64,000 bases of DNA, taken from positions 16,919-80,918 of the forward strand of contig NZ_JAWLDU010000005.1 in assembly GCF_041686475.1 (NCBI RefSeq), written 5' to 3'. Each line of letters begins with the position of its first letter. Position 1 is the first letter of the stretch. The stretch is from Marinobacter sp. Lineage in GTDB: Bacteria > Pseudomonadota > Gammaproteobacteria > Pseudomonadales > Oleiphilaceae. The position numbers and the translations under genes were made by a program. Positions 1 through 10,893 of the stretch are shown here, piece by piece. The notes under the pieces were generated by a model. It was not told the DNA's origin and made no database searches. It saw only the letters and a program-made list of their open reading frames with translations.

Positions 1-1183
1 CACCGATGTGCTGGGTGATACCACCAGACTCGCCGGAAGCTACCTTGGTGCGACGGATGTAATCCAGCAGCGAAGTCTTACCATGGTCTACGTGACCCAT
101 CACGCTGACCACAGGTGCACGCTTGGTTTTTTCCTTGCCCTCGAAGGCAAACTCGCTCAGTACGTCTTCCTCGAAAGCATCCTCGCTGACGGTATTGGCC
201 TTGTGGCCAAGCTCTTCGGTCACCAGCACGGCAGTTTCCTGATCAAGAGCCTGGTTGATGGTCGCCATTACCCCCATGCCCATCAGTTTCTTGATAACAT
301 CGGCTGACTTAACGGCCATCCGCTGGGCAAGTTCACCCACCGTGATGGTCTCGGGAATATCGACTTCTCTTACCATTGGCTTGGTCGGCCTCTCGAAAGC
401 GTGACGCTTCTCTTTGGGTTTCTTCTTCGCGCGAAGTGGCTTGCGCAGCGTGGTGTCTTCTTCCTCTTCATTGATAATCAGAGGTTCTTCCACCGGACGG
501 TTACGAGGCCCGCGATGACCTGCGGACTTCTTCTTGGGCTTGCCGTCATCCGGCTCATCACCGCGCTCGCGAGCTTTCTCTTTCTTTTTCTTCGGCTTAC
601 GATCCTTGCCCTCGCCCTCTTCGGGCGGCGGGATCGGCATGTCTTCCGGCGCGGGAACCGGTGACGGTTCCGGCTCGGCGGCTACCTCCGGCTTTTCTTC
701 CTCGGCCGGCTTTTCTTCGCCTGCCGGTTTTTCTTCAGCGGCAGGCGCTTCCTGCTGCGCCTCGGAAACCGGCGTTTCCGGCTTCGGCGCTTCGGCAGGC
801 TGAGCCTGCTCAGCGGCTACCGCAGGTGTTTCTTCCGGTGCCTCGGCGGCCTGCTCTGGGGCCTCTTCCTGCCTGGCGGCTTCCGGCTCCAGCTCGGCGC
901 GCTTGATATACGTGCGGCGCTTGCGAACCTCAACATTGACCGTTTTCGCACGGCCCGCTTTCAGCGTGGTTGTTGTCTTGCGCTTGAGAGTGATCTTCTT
1001 CGGTTCCGCTTCACTCTCACCGTGATTCTTTCTCAGATAGGTCAGCAACTGTTGCTTCTCATCGCTGGTGACAGAATCCTCTTCGGAGCGGGCTTTCAGG
1101 CCAGCCTCCACGATCTGTCGCAGCAAACGATCCACGGGAGCGCCTACATCTGCGGCCAGTTGTTTTACCGTTACATCAGCCAT
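1..1183 (-). CDS. infB: Translation initiation factor IF-2, N-terminal part (runs off the left edge)
   Basis: Not in the ORF track because it has no stop in the window. ATG at 1183 reads [13 protein letters not shown]...[14 protein letters not shown]...VEVRKRRTY; near base 100 it reads [19 protein letters not shown] (G1 box). Directly follows nusA. Confidence 0.96.
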   Translation of the reverse strand, partial: MADVTVKQLAADVGAPVDRLLRQIVEAGLKARSEEDSVTSDEKQQLLTYLRKNHGESEAEPKKITLKRKTTTTLKAGRAKTVNVEVRKRRTYIKRAELEPEAARQEEAPEQAAEAPEETPAVAAEQAQPAEAPKPETPVSEAQQEAPAAEEKPAGEEKPAEEEKPEVAAEPEPSPVPAPEDMPIPPPEEGEGKDRKPKKKKEKARERGDEPDDGKPKKKSAGHRGPRNRPVEEPLIINEEEEDTTLRKPLRAKKKPKEKRHAFERPTKPMVREVDIPETITVGELAQRMAVKSADVIKKLMGMGVMATINQALDQETAVLVTEELGHKANTVSEDAFEEDVLSEFAFEGKEKTKRAPVVSVMGHVDHGKTSLLDYIRRTKVASGESGGITQHIG

Positions 1184-1200
1184 ACTGGTCCTCCTCCCGA

Positions 1201-2694
1201 TTAAGCCTGGTCTTCAAACCAGGGGGCGCGTGCAGCCATAATCAACTGGCCGGCACGCTCTTCTTCCATACCTTCAATGTCGAGCAGATCATCAACTGAC
1301 TGCTCGGCAAGATCTTCCATGGTACGGATACCCATGCCGGCCAGCTTGAATGCCAGGCCGCGGTCCATACCGTCCATTGCGAGAAGATCTTCTGCGGGCT
1401 CCGCGCCCTCAAGCGCCTCTTCACTGGCCAGGGCCTGGTTCAACAGGGCATCCTTGGCACGGCGACGCAATTCCGTGACGGTCTCTTCGTCGAAGCCTTC
1501 GATAGCGAGCATCTCCTCCATAGGGATGTACGCCACCTCCTCGATGGAGGTAAATCCTTCCTCGATGAGTACTCCGGCAAATTCCTCGTCCACGTCCAGG
1601 TTGCCGGTAAAGTGCTCCAGCAAACTGTTGTATTCCTGTTCCTGACGCTGACCGGCTTCTTCCTCGGTCATCACGTTCAGTGTCCAGCCGGTCAGTTCGG
1701 TTGCCAGGCGCACGTTCTGCCCGTTGCGGCCGATAGCCTGCGCCAGATTATCCTCGGCGACTGCCACTTCCATGGTGTGACGATCTTCATCCATCACGAT
1801 GGAAGCCACTTCCGCAGGCGCCATGGCATTAATGACCAGCTGCGCGGGGTTGTCGTCCCAGAGCACGATATCAACGCGCTCGCCACCCAGCTCATTGGAT
1901 ACCGCCTGCACGCGTGAACCGCGCATGCCGACACAGGCACCCACCGGATCAATGCGGCGGTCATTGGTCTTGACAGCGATCTTGGCGCGGGAACCAGGGT
2001 CCCTGGCGGCTCCGCGGATCTCAATCAGCTCCTCGGCAATTTCCGGAACCTCGATACGGAACAGCTCAATCAGCATCTGCGGATCGGTACGGCTCAGAAT
2101 CAGTTGCGGACCGCGGTGATCGGTGCGGATTTCCTGCAGCAGCGAACGAACCCGGTCACCCATGCGGAATGTCTCGCGGGGGATCAGATGTTCACGGGGC
2201 AGCAGGGCTTCGGCATTGGCGCCAAGATCCACGATGACGTTGTCCCGGGTCACTTTCTTTACGGTGCCGGATACCAGCTCACCTACCCGGTCACGATAGC
2301 TGTCGACAATCTTGGTGCGCTCGGCTTCACGAACCTTCTGGAAAATAATCTGCTTGGCCGCCTGGGCGCCGATGCGCCCGAAGGAAACAGACTCTACTTT
2401 CTCCTCATGGATGTCGCCCGGCCGCAGATTCTCGTCAATTTCCTCGGCTTCCTGCATGGTCAGCTCGGTACCAAGCGCAGGGACGGCATCATTATCAACC
2501 ACCAGCCAGCGGCGGAAAGTTTCATATTCGCCGGTGCGGCGATCGATGGAAACACGGATATCCGCTTCCTCGTCGTCGTAACGTTTCTTGGCAGCGGTGG
2601 CGAGTGCCAGCTCGATTGCTTCAAAGATCACGTCCTTCTCGACACCTTTTTCGTTCGAGACGGATTCAACCACCAGCAAGATCTCTTTACTCAT
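1201..2694 (-). CDS. nusA: Transcription termination/antitermination factor NusA
   Basis: [16 protein letters not shown] start, [11 protein letters not shown]1/KH domains ([14 protein letters not shown]), ends AARAPWF. Confidence 0.98.
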   Translation of the reverse strand: MSKEILLVVESVSNEKGVEKDVIFEAIELALATAAKKRYDDEEADIRVSIDRRTGEYETFRRWLVVDNDAVPALGTELTMQEAEEIDENLRPGDIHEEKVESVSFGRIGAQAAKQIIFQKVREAERTKIVDSYRDRVGELVSGTVKKVTRDNVIVDLGANAEALLPREHLIPRETFRMGDRVRSLLQEIRTDHRGPQLILSRTDPQMLIELFRIEVPEIAEELIEIRGAARDPGSRAKIAVKTNDRRIDPVGACVGMRGSRVQAVSNELGGERVDIVLWDDNPAQLVINAMAPAEVASIVMDEDRHTMEVAVAEDNLAQAIGRNGQNVRLATELTGWTLNVMTEEEAGQRQEQEYNSLLEHFTGNLDVDEEFAGVLIEEGFTSIEEVAYIPMEEMLAIEGFDEETVTELRRRAKDALLNQALASEEALEGAEPAEDLLAMDGMDRGLAFKLAGMGIRTMEDLAEQSVDDLLDIEGMEEERAGQLIMAARAPWFEDQA

Positions 2695-2735
2695 TGGATT
2701 GCCCTGCCCTTAAAATAAACTTTGCGTCCACTGAC

Positions 2736-3197
2736 TTATTCAAATACTGGAACGATGTTGGCTTTCTCGATGCTATCGAATGGCAGCAGATACTCATGGT
2801 CATCAACAACCACGACAACGTCCTCGCCTTCAACACCCTTGATCAGGCCCTGAAACTTGCGACGCCCCTCGAATGCCATGCGCAATTTGATCTGGACCTG
2901 ATGGCCGGCGAATGCCTCATACTGCTCCAGTCGGAACAACGGCCGATCCATGCCCGGAGACGAAACCTCCAGGGTATATTCTGTCTGGATGGGGTCTTCC
3001 ACATCCATCACGCCGCTCGCCTGGCGACTGACTTTTTCACAGTCTTCAATGCCGATACCGTTCTCGGCATCGTCAATAAAAATTCTCAACAGGGAATGGT
3101 GTCCCTGAGACCGAAATTCAATGCCCCAGAATTCGTAGCCCAAGCCTTCCACGATCGGCCTGAGTATTTCTTCCAGCTGCTTCAACTTGGCTGACAA
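2736..3197 (-). CDS. rimP: Ribosome maturation factor RimP
   Basis: [14 protein letters not shown] motif; likely TTG start at 3197 (the ORF track extends it to 3242). Confidence 0.95.
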   Translation of the reverse strand: MSAKLKQLEEILRPIVEGLGYEFWGIEFRSQGHHSLLRIFIDDAENGIGIEDCEKVSRQASGVMDVEDPIQTEYTLEVSSPGMDRPLFRLEQYEAFAGHQVQIKLRMAFEGRRKFQGLIKGVEGEDVVVVVDDHEYLLPFDSIEKANIVPVFE

Positions 3198-3241
3198 GGT
3201 TATTCTGTCTCCATTACGCGTTTTTTCCGACCCCAAAAACA

Positions 3242-3269
3242 AAAAAAGGGCTGTTGATCAGCCCTTTTT
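3242..3269 (-). terminator. rimP-leader attenuator hairpin (proximal)
   Basis: Minus strand AAAAAGGGCTG-ATCAA-CAGCCCTTTTTTT, the GGGC...GCCC terminator typical of gammaproteobacterial rimP leaders. Confidence 0.7.
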
Positions 3270-3304
3270 ATGCACCAGGGCCTGATGCGCCAGGCCCCTT
3301 AATC

Positions 3305-3332
3305 AAAAAGCCCCTAAAAAGTGGGGCTCTTT
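3305..3332 (-). terminator. rimP-leader attenuator hairpin (distal)
   Basis: Minus strand AAAGAGCCCC-ACTTTTTA-GGGGCTTTTT. Confidence 0.65.
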
Positions 3333-3449
3333 GTTGCAAGAACTCGCAGAGGATAACCACAAACTGAAAACTCCCCTGCAGACAGACACCTGGCCTGTCT
3401 GGAACCGGCGAGGCAATCAGTGCCCGGAGCCCGCTCCAACATTCGCCGG

Positions 3450-3478
3450 AGTATAGAGACGCCGGCCTTACTGGTCAA
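3450..3478 (-). promoter_or_regulatory. Sigma70 promoter for rimP-nusA-infB
   Basis: Minus strand TTGACC-17 nt-TATACT, near consensus, just downstream of the tRNA-Leu terminator. Confidence 0.7.
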
Positions 3479-3487
3479 GGACTGACC

Positions 3488-3521
3488 AAAAAAAACGGCC
3501 TGGTAATTCCAAGCCGCTTTT
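3488..3521 (-). terminator. Intrinsic terminator after tRNA-Leu
   Basis: Minus strand GCGGCTTGGAATTACCAGGCCG followed by a T8 run. Confidence 0.6.
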
Positions 3522-3529
3522 CTTCTATA

Positions 3530-3614
3530 TGGTGCCCGGGGCCGGACTCGAACCGGCACGGCTTTCGCCACTACCCCCTCAAGATAGCGTGTCTACCAGT
3601 TTCACCACCCGGGC
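3530..3614 (-). tRNA. tRNA-Leu (anticodon GAG)
   Basis: GCCCGGGTGGTGAAACTGGTAGACAC...CTATC-TTGAGGG-GGTAG...GGTTCGAGTCC...GGGCACCA; 85 nt with a long variable arm, in the usual leuU position after secG. Confidence 0.97.
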
Positions 3615-3621
3615 AACACTC

Positions 3622-3993
3622 TTACTCGAGCTCGGGGAGCTCATTGTCATCCCCGCGCCCGGCTTCGCCTTCTGCTGCCTCACCTTCAGCCTGCCCGGCG
3701 TCCGAGCGGGATTCCTGCACCACAGGAATGCCTGCCTCGCCTGCCACTTCGGCACGGTTCTTGGCAAATACAGCCAGCGAAAAACTTGTTACAAAGAATA
3801 CGACGGCAAGCAGCGTCGTTGCGCGAACCAGGAAACTGGAACTGCCTTCGCTGCCGAATACTGTCTGGGATGCACCGCCACCAAAAGCAGCGCCAGCATT
3901 TGCACCCTTACCATGCTGGATAAGCACCAGACCCACCAGTGCCACCGCGATGACCACGTGGAGAACGACAACCAGTGTTTCGACCCAATCCAT
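3622..3993 (-). CDS. secG: Preprotein translocase subunit SecG
   Basis: VLIQHGKGANAGAAFGGGASQTVFGS motif between two TM helices. Confidence 0.97.
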   Translation of the reverse strand: MDWVETLVVVLHVVIAVALVGLVLIQHGKGANAGAAFGGGASQTVFGSEGSSSFLVRATTLLAVVFFVTSFSLAVFAKNRAEVAGEAGIPVVQESRSDAGQAEGEAAEGEAGRGDDNELPELE

Positions 3994-4042
3994 AATGTCT
4001 CTCTAATGACTCGTGCTAATGGCTTTAGCGAATCTTTACCTT

Positions 4043-4801
4043 TCAGGATTTGCCCGGCATGGCCTGGCAAATACTCACAAAATCTTTTGCACTTAGCGAT
4101 GCGCCGCCAATCAGCCCACCGTCGACATCCGGCTGAGCAAAAAGTGCGGCAGCATTATCCGCTTTTACACTGCCGCCGTAAAGTAGGGATATTTCCTCTG
4201 ACGGAGCCCCGAAGGCCGCCAATACGGCACGAATAGCGGCATGCATTGCCTGGGCATCTTCTGCGGTGGCGGTTTTACCGGTTCCTATGGCCCAGACTGG
4301 CTCATAGGCAATTACAACCTGTTGCCACTGCCCGGCACTCACTTCCGAAACAGCCTTGCGAACCTGAGACGAAACGACATCCTCGGCCTTGCCCGCCTCA
4401 CGCTCCTCCAGAGTCTCACCGACACAAATAATCGCGTCCAGCCCTGAAGCCAATACCTTGCCAACCTTGACCGCCACCTGCTCGTCGGTTTCACCGAACA
4501 ACTGCCTGCGTTCAGAATGACCTACCAGCGCACATGCGCTTCCGCTGTCCCTGGCCATTACCGCGGAAATTTCACCGGTGTAGGCGCCTGAATCCCAGCA
4601 GGCAACATTCTGGACACCAACGGCGATTTCCCCATCGGCCCGCCGAACAACATCGCCGACAAACAGGGCAGGAGGAATAATAACAATCTCCACACCATTG
4701 CCAGGCGATGCCAGCTCTGACCGGACTTGGCCAACCAGCCTGTCCACAAGGTCTTTCGACCCGTTCATTTTCCAGTTTCCGGCGACGATCTTACGGCGCA
4801 T
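4043..4801 (-). CDS. tpiA: Triosephosphate isomerase
   Basis: AGNWKMNG, GHSERR, AYEPVWAIGTG and LYGGSV motifs; start placed at MRRKIV (4801). Confidence 0.98.
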   Translation of the reverse strand: MRRKIVAGNWKMNGSKDLVDRLVGQVRSELASPGNGVEIVIIPPALFVGDVVRRADGEIAVGVQNVACWDSGAYTGEISAVMARDSGSACALVGHSERRQLFGETDEQVAVKVGKVLASGLDAIICVGETLEEREAGKAEDVVSSQVRKAVSEVSAGQWQQVVIAYEPVWAIGTGKTATAEDAQAMHAAIRAVLAAFGAPSEEISLLYGGSVKADNAAALFAQPDVDGGLIGGASLSAKDFVSICQAMPGKS

Positions 4802-4876
4802 AAAAAACCCCTGATTCAAGGGAGGGCGAACTATACAGCAGTCTTTTACAGCAGACAACTGCCGCCAGACACAAAA

Positions 4877-6220
4877 TCATGACCGGGAATTCTCCACAAC
4901 AACAGCAAGTTCCTCGGCAATCCTGACAATTTCCGACTCATCCTGCCCTTCCGTCATGACCCGTATCAGGGGCTCGGTACCCGAGGCCCGCAGCAGCACC
5001 CGGCCACCACCGCCAAGCCTGGCTTCGGCTGACGCAACCGCGCTGACAATATCCTCACGCCCAAGGGGATCAAAGCGCTTGTCGACCCTTACATTGATCA
5101 TCTTCTGAGGCAGCTTGCTCATACCTCTCCGCAGGTCCGCCAGCGAACTGCCTGAACGACTGATAGCCAGGAGTACCTGCAAGGCAGACACGATAGCATC
5201 ACCCGTGCTGGTGCAGTCGCGGATCACCATGTGACCGGATCCTTCGCCACCCAGAAGCCACCCCCTTTCGATCAGCCTTTCCGTGACGTAACGATCGCCG
5301 ACTTTGGCGCGCTCGAAATCGATACCCTGCTCCCTGAGAGCCAGTTCGACACCCAGATTGGTCATCAGCGTGCCAACGACGCCACCCTTGAGCGTACCGG
5401 CAGCGTGACGCTGGGTCGCAATCACGTACAGTAGCTCATCACCATCGACCTCCGAGCCGTCGGCATCCACCATCAATACCCGGTCACCGTCACCATCAAA
5501 GGCGATCCCCAGATCTGCCTGTTTTTCCAGGACGGCCTTACTCAGGGTATCCAGATACGTCGACCCGACCTTGAGATTAATGTTCAGACCGTCCGGGTCA
5601 CCGCCAACCACCGAAATCTTCGCACCCAACTCACGGAAAACTTTGGGAGCCACGTGATAGGTCGCGCCATGGGCACAATCCAGAACAATGTGCAGTCCAT
5701 CCAGGGAAAACTCATTGGGCACCGTGCTTTTACAAAACTCCACATAGCGCCCCGGGGCATCATCCACCCGGAAGGCCTTGCCCAACTCCTTGGCATCGCA
5801 AACCTCAATGGGCCGATCCAGCCAGCGCTCGATCTCTGACTCCAGTGCATCGTCCAGCTTGGTCCCTTCGGGTGAAAAAAACTTGATGCCGTTGTCGTGG
5901 TGCGGGTTATGGGAAGCACTGATCACAATCCCCGCGGAAGCCCGGAATGTGCGGGTCAGGTAGGCGATAGCGGGCGTGGGCATTGGGCCCAGCAGCTTTA
6001 CATCCACCCCTGCCGCTGACAGGCCCGACTCGAGGGCTGACTCAAACATATAACCCGACAGACGGGTGTCCTTACCGATCAGCACACTGTTGCGCTGGCC
6101 TGCACGTTTGAACGCCTGTCCCGCTGCCCAGCCCAGATGCAGCATGAATTCCGGCGTGATCGGGTACTCGCCTACCCGGCCCCGGATGCCATCCGTGCCG
6201 AAGTATTTTCTGTCACTCAT
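4877..6220 (-). CDS. glmM: Phosphoglucosamine mutase
   Basis: [17 protein letters not shown] and DGDGDR motifs. Confidence 0.98.
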   Translation of the reverse strand: MSDRKYFGTDGIRGRVGEYPITPEFMLHLGWAAGQAFKRAGQRNSVLIGKDTRLSGYMFESALESGLSAAGVDVKLLGPMPTPAIAYLTRTFRASAGIVISASHNPHHDNGIKFFSPEGTKLDDALESEIERWLDRPIEVCDAKELGKAFRVDDAPGRYVEFCKSTVPNEFSLDGLHIVLDCAHGATYHVAPKVFRELGAKISVVGGDPDGLNINLKVGSTYLDTLSKAVLEKQADLGIAFDGDGDRVLMVDADGSEVDGDELLYVIATQRHAAGTLKGGVVGTLMTNLGVELALREQGIDFERAKVGDRYVTERLIERGWLLGGEGSGHMVIRDCTSTGDAIVSALQVLLAISRSGSSLADLRRGMSKLPQKMINVRVDKRFDPLGREDIVSAVASAEARLGGGGRVLLRASGTEPLIRVMTEGQDESEIVRIAEELAVVVENSRS

Positions 6221-7050
6221 CGCCCAGCTTCCTCCATTGCCATTACTACTTTAACGGCATCTACTGTTTCCCTGACATCGTGGACACGAATAATCGACGC
6301 GCCCTTCATTGCAGATATTGTCGCGGCAGCGAGGCTCGCGGGCAAGCGCTCGCTGACCTCACGGCCGGTAATATGGCCCAGCATACTCTTGCGGGAAATG
6401 CCCACCAGAACCGGATGCCCCAGTAATTGTAACTGCTCCAGCGAAGCCAGTAACTGCAAATTATGCCGGGCTGATTTGCCGAAGCCAAAGCCCGGATCCA
6501 AGAGGATATTTTCCGGGCGAACCCCGGCCTTTTCAATGATCCGCATGCGCTCGGTCAGGAACGAACTGACTTCCCGCCGGACATTGCGATAGCGAGGATC
6601 GTTCTGCATGGTATCCGGCTCACCCTGAATATGCATCACACATACCGGAATATCTGCCCTTGCGGCTTCCTCGGGCGCCCCATTCCGTTGCAGTGCCCTG
6701 ACGTCGTTGATCATACCAGCGCCGAGCTTTGTCACCTCAGCCATTACCTGCGGTGAGCTGGTATCCACCGACACAATAACGTCCAGTTCCCGTGTAATGG
6801 CTTCTACCACAGGGCAAACCCGCTCCAACTCTTGTTCGACAGCCACAGGGGTTGCACCCGGCCGCGTGGACTCTCCGCCGACATCGATAAAGACCGCGCC
6901 ATCCGCGGCCATTTCACGGGCCTGGGCAAGAGCCGCATCCACCTGATTGAAGCGACCGCCATCGGAAAAGGAATCCGGCGTGACATTGAGTATGCCCATC
7001 ACGTGGCAGTCAGACATATCCAGCATTCGGCCAGCGAAGTTCATTTGCAT
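6217..7050 (-). CDS. folP: Dihydropteroate synthase
   Basis: [31 protein letters not shown] and IRVHDV motifs. Confidence 0.98.
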   Translation of the reverse strand: MQMNFAGRMLDMSDCHVMGILNVTPDSFSDGGRFNQVDAALAQAREMAADGAVFIDVGGESTRPGATPVAVEQELERVCPVVEAITRELDVIVSVDTSSPQVMAEVTKLGAGMINDVRALQRNGAPEEAARADIPVCVMHIQGEPDTMQNDPRYRNVRREVSSFLTERMRIIEKAGVRPENILLDPGFGFGKSARHNLQLLASLEQLQLLGHPVLVGISRKSMLGHITGREVSERLPASLAAATISAMKGASIIRVHDVRETVDAVKVVMAMEEAGR

Positions 7051-7074
7051 AAGCGACCTTCAATGCAACCTGCA

Positions 7075-7106
7075 AAAACAAACGCCGCCCCGGCCGGGGC
7101 GGCGTA
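7075..7106 (-). terminator. Intrinsic terminator after ftsH
   Basis: Perfect inverted repeat ACGCCGCCCCGG/CCGGGGCGGCGT followed by TTGTTTTT on the minus strand. Confidence 0.7.
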
Positions 7107-7143
7107 AATGAGTTCGTGATCTCCGACGCGGTGCTACACCGGG

Positions 7144-9087
7144 TCAGTGCTCACCGGCCGGGCGGCCAACACCTGGCTGACGGCCGTCGTCGGAAGCTTT
7201 GGGGGCAGGCTCCTGCTCCGGCTCGTCTGCCGGTACGCCGCCAGACGGACCGCTATCGCCCCAGCCCTTTGGCGGGCGCGGCTCGCGACCTTCCATGATG
7301 TCATCAATCATATGGCGATCAATGGTTTCGTACTTCATCAGGGCGTCGGCCATCAGGTCGAGCTTTTCGCGATTATCAATCAGCAGCTGACGTGCCTTTT
7401 CGTAGCAGCTGTCGATGATGTTGCGAACCTCCTCGTCAATGCGCTGCGCCGTCTCCGGAGAGTACACAGTCTGCGCCTGACCGGCCGAGCGACCGAGGAA
7501 GGGCTCTTCACTGTCAGTATCGTACTGTAGCGGGCCAAGCTTCTCGGACAGACCCCAACGGGTGACCATGTTACGTGCCAGGCTGGTTGCCCGCTCGATA
7601 TCGTTGGAGGCACCCGTGGTGACACCATCGAAACCAAGGGTCAGCTCTTCAGCGATACGACCACCAAACAGACTACAGATGGAGCTGATCAGGAATCGCT
7701 TGCTGTGACTGTACTTGTCTTCCTCCGGGAGGAACATGGTGACACCCAGGGCCCTACCCCGGGGAATGATACTTACCTTGTAGACCGGATCGTGCTCAGG
7801 CATCAGGCGGCCGACAATGGCGTGACCGGACTCGTGATATGCCGTATTACGCTTTTCTTTCTCGCTCATGACCATGGATTTGCGCTCGGCGCCCATCATG
7901 ATCTTGTCTTTGGCGAGCTCGAACTCTTCCATGGATACCAGGCGCTGGTTGCGACGGGCGGCAAACAGCGCCGCCTCATTCACCAGGTTGGCCAGATCGG
8001 CACCCGAGAAGCCGGGCGTACCACGGGCAATCAACTGTGGCTCCACGCCATCCGCCAGGGGCACTTTCTTCATGTGCACCTTGAGGATCTGCTCCCGGCC
8101 GATGATGTCCGGCAGCCCGACCACCACCTGGCGGTCGAAGCGACCCGGGCGAAGTAGCGCCGGATCCAGTACGTCCGGACGGTTAGTAGCGGCGATCACG
8201 ATAACGCCCTCGTTGCCCTCAAAGCCGTCCATTTCCACCAGCAGCTGGTTCAGGGTTTGCTCACGCTCGTCGTGGCCACCACCCATACCGGCACCGCGAT
8301 GGCGACCGACCGCATCGATCTCGTCGATGAAAATGATACAGGGGCTCTGCTTCTTCGCCTGTTCGAACATGTCACGGACACGGGACGCGCCCACACCCAC
8401 GAACATTTCCACGAAGTCGGAACCGGAAATCGAGAAGAACGGCACTTTGGCCTCGCCGGCAATCGCCTTGGCGAGGAGAGTCTTACCGGTACCCGGCTGA
8501 CCCACCATAAGAACGCCCTTGGGAATGCTACCACCAAGACGCTGGAACTTGCTGGGATCCCGCAGGAAATCCACCAGCTCTTTCACGTCTTCCTTGGCCT
8601 CATCCACACCGGCCACATCGCCAAAGGTGGTCTTGATCTGATCCTCACTCATCAGGCGGGCCTTGCTCTTGCCAAAGGACATCGGCCCTTTGCCACCGCC
8701 ACCACCTTGCATCTGTCGCATGAAGAACACGAACAGCGCGATGATAATCAGGATCGGGAAGGCTGCCACCAGTAGCTGAGTCCAGAGACTTTGACGCTCC
8801 GGCTCCTTACCAATGACTTCCACTTGGTTTGCCAGCAGATCGTCCATCAGCTTGTCGTCGGATAGCTGGGGCCTGATTGTCTGGAACTGGGAGCCGTCAC
8901 CACGGGTACCCTGAACCTCCTGACCGTCAATGGTTACCTGACGGACCCGCCCGTCCTGGACCATTTCCACGAACTGCGAATAATTGACCTGTTGGCCGCT
9001 GGTGGTGGGAGTGAAATTCTGAAACACCATCAGCAGTACGGCGGCTATAATTAGCCATAGAACCAGATTTTTTGCCATATCGTTCAA
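7144..9087 (-). CDS. ftsH: ATP-dependent zinc metalloprotease FtsH
   Basis: Two N-terminal TM helices, Walker A GQPGTGKT, Walker [14 protein letters not shown] zinc motif. Confidence 0.98.
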   Translation of the reverse strand: MNDMAKNLVLWLIIAAVLLMVFQNFTPTTSGQQVNYSQFVEMVQDGRVRQVTIDGQEVQGTRGDGSQFQTIRPQLSDDKLMDDLLANQVEVIGKEPERQSLWTQLLVAAFPILIIIALFVFFMRQMQGGGGGKGPMSFGKSKARLMSEDQIKTTFGDVAGVDEAKEDVKELVDFLRDPSKFQRLGGSIPKGVLMVGQPGTGKTLLAKAIAGEAKVPFFSISGSDFVEMFVGVGASRVRDMFEQAKKQSPCIIFIDEIDAVGRHRGAGMGGGHDEREQTLNQLLVEMDGFEGNEGVIVIAATNRPDVLDPALLRPGRFDRQVVVGLPDIIGREQILKVHMKKVPLADGVEPQLIARGTPGFSGADLANLVNEAALFAARRNQRLVSMEEFELAKDKIMMGAERKSMVMSEKEKRNTAYHESGHAIVGRLMPEHDPVYKVSIIPRGRALGVTMFLPEEDKYSHSKRFLISSICSLFGGRIAEELTLGFDGVTTGASNDIERATSLARNMVTRWGLSEKLGPLQYDTDSEEPFLGRSAGQAQTVYSPETAQRIDEEVRNIIDSCYEKARQLLIDNREKLDLMADALMKYETIDRHMIDDIMEGREPRPPKGWGDSGPSGGVPADEPEQEPAPKASDDGRQPGVGRPAGEH

Positions 9088-9242
9088 GGATCATCACCTG
9101 TGAATTGAAGGATCTCCCCGTCAGGAGAAAGCCTTTTCTGACACCTTACACCAATTGTACGCCCGTCCACCAGATTCGGCCCATTCGTATCGGCCACTGC
9201 CGGGACGTCAATCCCCACGACCACTTCCGACCTGCGGGCGGG

Positions 9243-9863
9243 TCAGCCCTTAAATCCCTTGCACACCTGATATATCTCCCTCGATCTTGCCCGGGAGGAG
9301 TCAGGCTTCCTGCTGACAACGGTGCCAAAACTTGTTCGCATCTCGGCCAGCAGGGCGTCGAAACCCTCTCCCTGAAACACCTTTGCGACAAATACGCCAC
9401 CCGGCTTCAATACCTGCTGCGCCATATCCAGCGCCAGCTCCACCAGGCCCATGGCGTTGGGAATATCCACTGCCGCCATACCACTCATGTTGGGTGCCAT
9501 ATCTGAAATTACAACATCGGCCCGTCGATCACCCAGTAATTCCAGCAATTCATCCAGCGCCGACTGCTCGGTAAAATCCCCCTGAACGAACTCCACGCCA
9601 GCGATCGGGCTCATGTCCAGAATGTCGCTGGCAACAACCACGCCCTTGTCGCCAACCCGCTCGACAGCCACCTGGGACCAGCCACCAGGAGCCGCCCCCA
9701 GATCCACAACAACCTGGCCAGGCCGGAACAGCCGATCTTTCTCGTCAAGCTCAATCAGCTTATAGCTGGCTCGGGAGCGATAACCGTCTTCACGGGACTT
9801 TTTGACCCAGACGTCGTCGAAATGTTCCTTCAGCCAGCGATCGCTGGTTTTCGAACGGGCCAA
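9243..9863 (-). CDS. rlmE: 23S rRNA U2552 2'-O-methyltransferase RlmE
   Basis: [20 protein letters not shown] and SDMAPN motifs. Confidence 0.97.
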   Translation of the reverse strand: MARSKTSDRWLKEHFDDVWVKKSREDGYRSRASYKLIELDEKDRLFRPGQVVVDLGAAPGGWSQVAVERVGDKGVVVASDILDMSPIAGVEFVQGDFTEQSALDELLELLGDRRADVVISDMAPNMSGMAAVDIPNAMGLVELALDMAQQVLKPGGVFVAKVFQGEGFDALLAEMRTSFGTVVSRKPDSSRARSREIYQVCKGFKG

Positions 9864-10017
9864 ACCTACCTCCAGTAAACGTTACGCATCAGGCCGGGAT
9901 ACGTGGTAACTGCCATTTCACCGGCCAAAGGATCTGTTACAATCCCGCAATTATACGGAATCGTCAGTCGTTTCGCCGCTGACCTTTTGTTAATAGCATC
10001 CATAAAGAGATTACATA

Positions 10018-10329
10018 ATGAGTCTTTCGCCAGAACAGCGCCGGGAATACCGGGGCATCGCCCACAACCTGAAGCCGGTCATCATTGTTGGCGACAAGGG
10101 CCTGACCGAAGGGCTTCAGGAAGAGCTTGAGCGCGCTCTGAACGACCACGAGCTGATCAAGGTCAAGGTGGCAAGCCAGGATCGCGAAGCCCGCCAGGAA
10201 GCAGTAGCCGCACTGTGCGAGGCGTCAGGCGCCGAACTGGTTCAGACCATCGGCAAGATCGCCGTGATCATGCGCCGGGCTAAAAAGCCCAACCCGAAGC
10301 TCTCCAACCTGCTGCGCCAGAAGCACTGA
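10018..10329 (+). CDS. yhbY: Ribosome assembly RNA-binding protein YhbY (CRM domain)
   Basis: AHNLKPVIIVG...HELIKVKV...VQTIGK; conserved position between rlmE and greA. Confidence 0.95.
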   Translation: MSLSPEQRREYRGIAHNLKPVIIVGDKGLTEGLQEELERALNDHELIKVKVASQDREARQEAVAALCEASGAELVQTIGKIAVIMRRAKKPNPKLSNLLRQKH

Positions 10330-10357
10330 TCCTCTGGCCGGACAGGCATGAAAAGCA

Positions 10358-10390
10358 AAAAGCCGGCAGGTAAATCCCTGCCGGCTTTTT
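10358..10390. terminator. Bidirectional terminator between yhbY and greA
   Basis: AAAAGCCGGCAGG-TAAATC-CCTGCCGGCTTTTT between convergent genes. Confidence 0.8.
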
Positions 10391-10409
10391 ATGCGGGGCA
10401 GGCTGCGCC

Positions 10410-10889
10410 TCAGATGTGGTCTACCTGCTCGATTTCATACTCGACGGTGCCCGACGGCACCCGGATTGCAACCACATCACCCTCGCTCTTGCCAACCAGT
10501 GCCCGGGCAATGGGCGAAGAAATCGACAGCTTGCCAGCCTTGATGTCCGCCTCGTCTTCACCGACAATCTGGTAAGTGACCTGCTCTTCGGTATCAACGT
10601 TTAGCAGGCGCACAGTGGTACCAAATATCACCTTGCCGGTGTTCTCGATGGTGTTGACATCGATGACCTGTGCCGCGGACAGCTTGCCCTCGATTTCCTG
10701 TATGCGGCCCTCGATGAAGCTCTGCTGCTCCCGGGCGGCATGATATTCCGCATTCTCTTTCAGATCGCCGTGTTCTCGGGCGTCGGAAATAGCCGCGATC
10801 ACCCGGGGACGATCTTCGGACTTCAGTTTCTGAAGCTCCTCGCGCAGGCGGGTTTCGCCCGCCTTTGTCATGGGTACTCTGTCAGCCAT
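10410..10889 (-). CDS. greA: Transcription elongation factor GreA
   Basis: [13 protein letters not shown] and [10 protein letters not shown] motifs. Confidence 0.97.
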   Translation of the reverse strand: MADRVPMTKAGETRLREELQKLKSEDRPRVIAAISDAREHGDLKENAEYHAAREQQSFIEGRIQEIEGKLSAAQVIDVNTIENTGKVIFGTTVRLLNVDTEEQVTYQIVGEDEADIKAGKLSISSPIARALVGKSEGDVVAIRVPSGTVEYEIEQVDHI

Positions 10890-10893
10890 AGTC

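Noticed and set aside
8-1204. Several plus-strand ORFs and a short GGCTTTTCTTC-like repeat at about 690-740
   Set aside because: All are antisense to infB; the repeat encodes the low-complexity EEKP(A) linker of IF-2 and is not a CRISPR or mobile repeat.
3529-4236. 235-aa plus-strand ORF
   Set aside because: Overlaps tRNA-Leu, secG and tpiA on the opposite strand.
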